A DNA stretch of 64,000 nt from Sphyrna mokarran (Eukaryota), in the NCBI GenBank assembly GCA_024679065.1, contig JAGIQG010000013.1, positions 56,482,001-56,546,000 of the forward strand. Direction: 5' to 3'. Positions 63,519 through 64,000 of this stretch are shown here, piece by piece; within the stretch, counting starts at the first letter, position 1, and every line of letters begins with the position of its first letter. The notes under the pieces are model-generated. The model did not search any database. It worked only from the letters and a program-made list of their open reading frames with translations, and was not told the origin of the DNA. Position numbers and translations under genes: made by a program.

Positions 63519-64000
63519 TCATGCAGTCTTAGAACATTATGTCAGTCTGTCCTGGGCTGGAGGGAAGGGGATATGGGTGGGCAACTAGAGAGCACCAGAC
63601 CAGAGAACAGGCAGAGAACCCTCTTCTTTCTGTAAGATAAATTAAACATATTAAAAGGCAGACATTCATTGCTGAGGACTGGCTGACGTGATTTGTGAGG
63701 CAAGGCTGCAATGCATTGTTTTGAATTGCTGACCCTCCTCAACAGGAAAAGACTGTGTGTGTCCCAGTGGAGGCAGACAAGAAAGCAAACACGAGTGTGG
63801 ATTGTAAAAGGCAGACACCCATAAGTGGGCCTTGAAAGGTAGGTGGGGAGGAGGGATTATTTTAAGAGATTATGAGAGAAGATCCCCTCCTCTCAACAAT
63901 TCCACAGCTGAGAGCAACTTTAGTCACAGTCAGTCAGAAATTTTTATGACAAAAATTGAAATCAAAGAACTTAATATTTACATTGCACTCTCCTCAGCAG

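Overview
Repeat-rich vertebrate genomic DNA, almost certainly a shark (cartilaginous fish), judged from the HE1 V-SINEs, HER1/CR1 LINEs, Deu-domain SINEs and Penelope elements. The only host gene I can support is the 5' end of a CdGAP-family RhoGAP, most like ARHGAP31, on the minus strand. Its coding exon 1 is at 50877-50979 and exon 2 at 1623-1725, joined in phase across a 49,151-bp GT-AG intron, with an ETS/RUNX/GATA-rich promoter at about 51.4-51.6 kb. Almost all other ORFs in the track are retroelement fragments or noise. The most unusual object is a young CR1 LINE at 54551-59524, about 3.6 kb upstream of the start codon. Its ORF1 esterase lacks the catalytic Ser and His, its long 3'UTR contains a V-SINE core, and its 3' end carries a fold-back rearrangement (a-b-c'-b-c) that makes a ~725-bp inverted repeat. 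Other points of interest are hammerhead-ribozyme relics in a Penelope element and in a dispersed short repeat, several snap-back micro-palindromes, a pre-miRNA/MITE-like hairpin, and a near-identical inverted CR1 pair in the intron. All alignments and family names were assigned by eye, and repeat boundaries are approximate unless stated.
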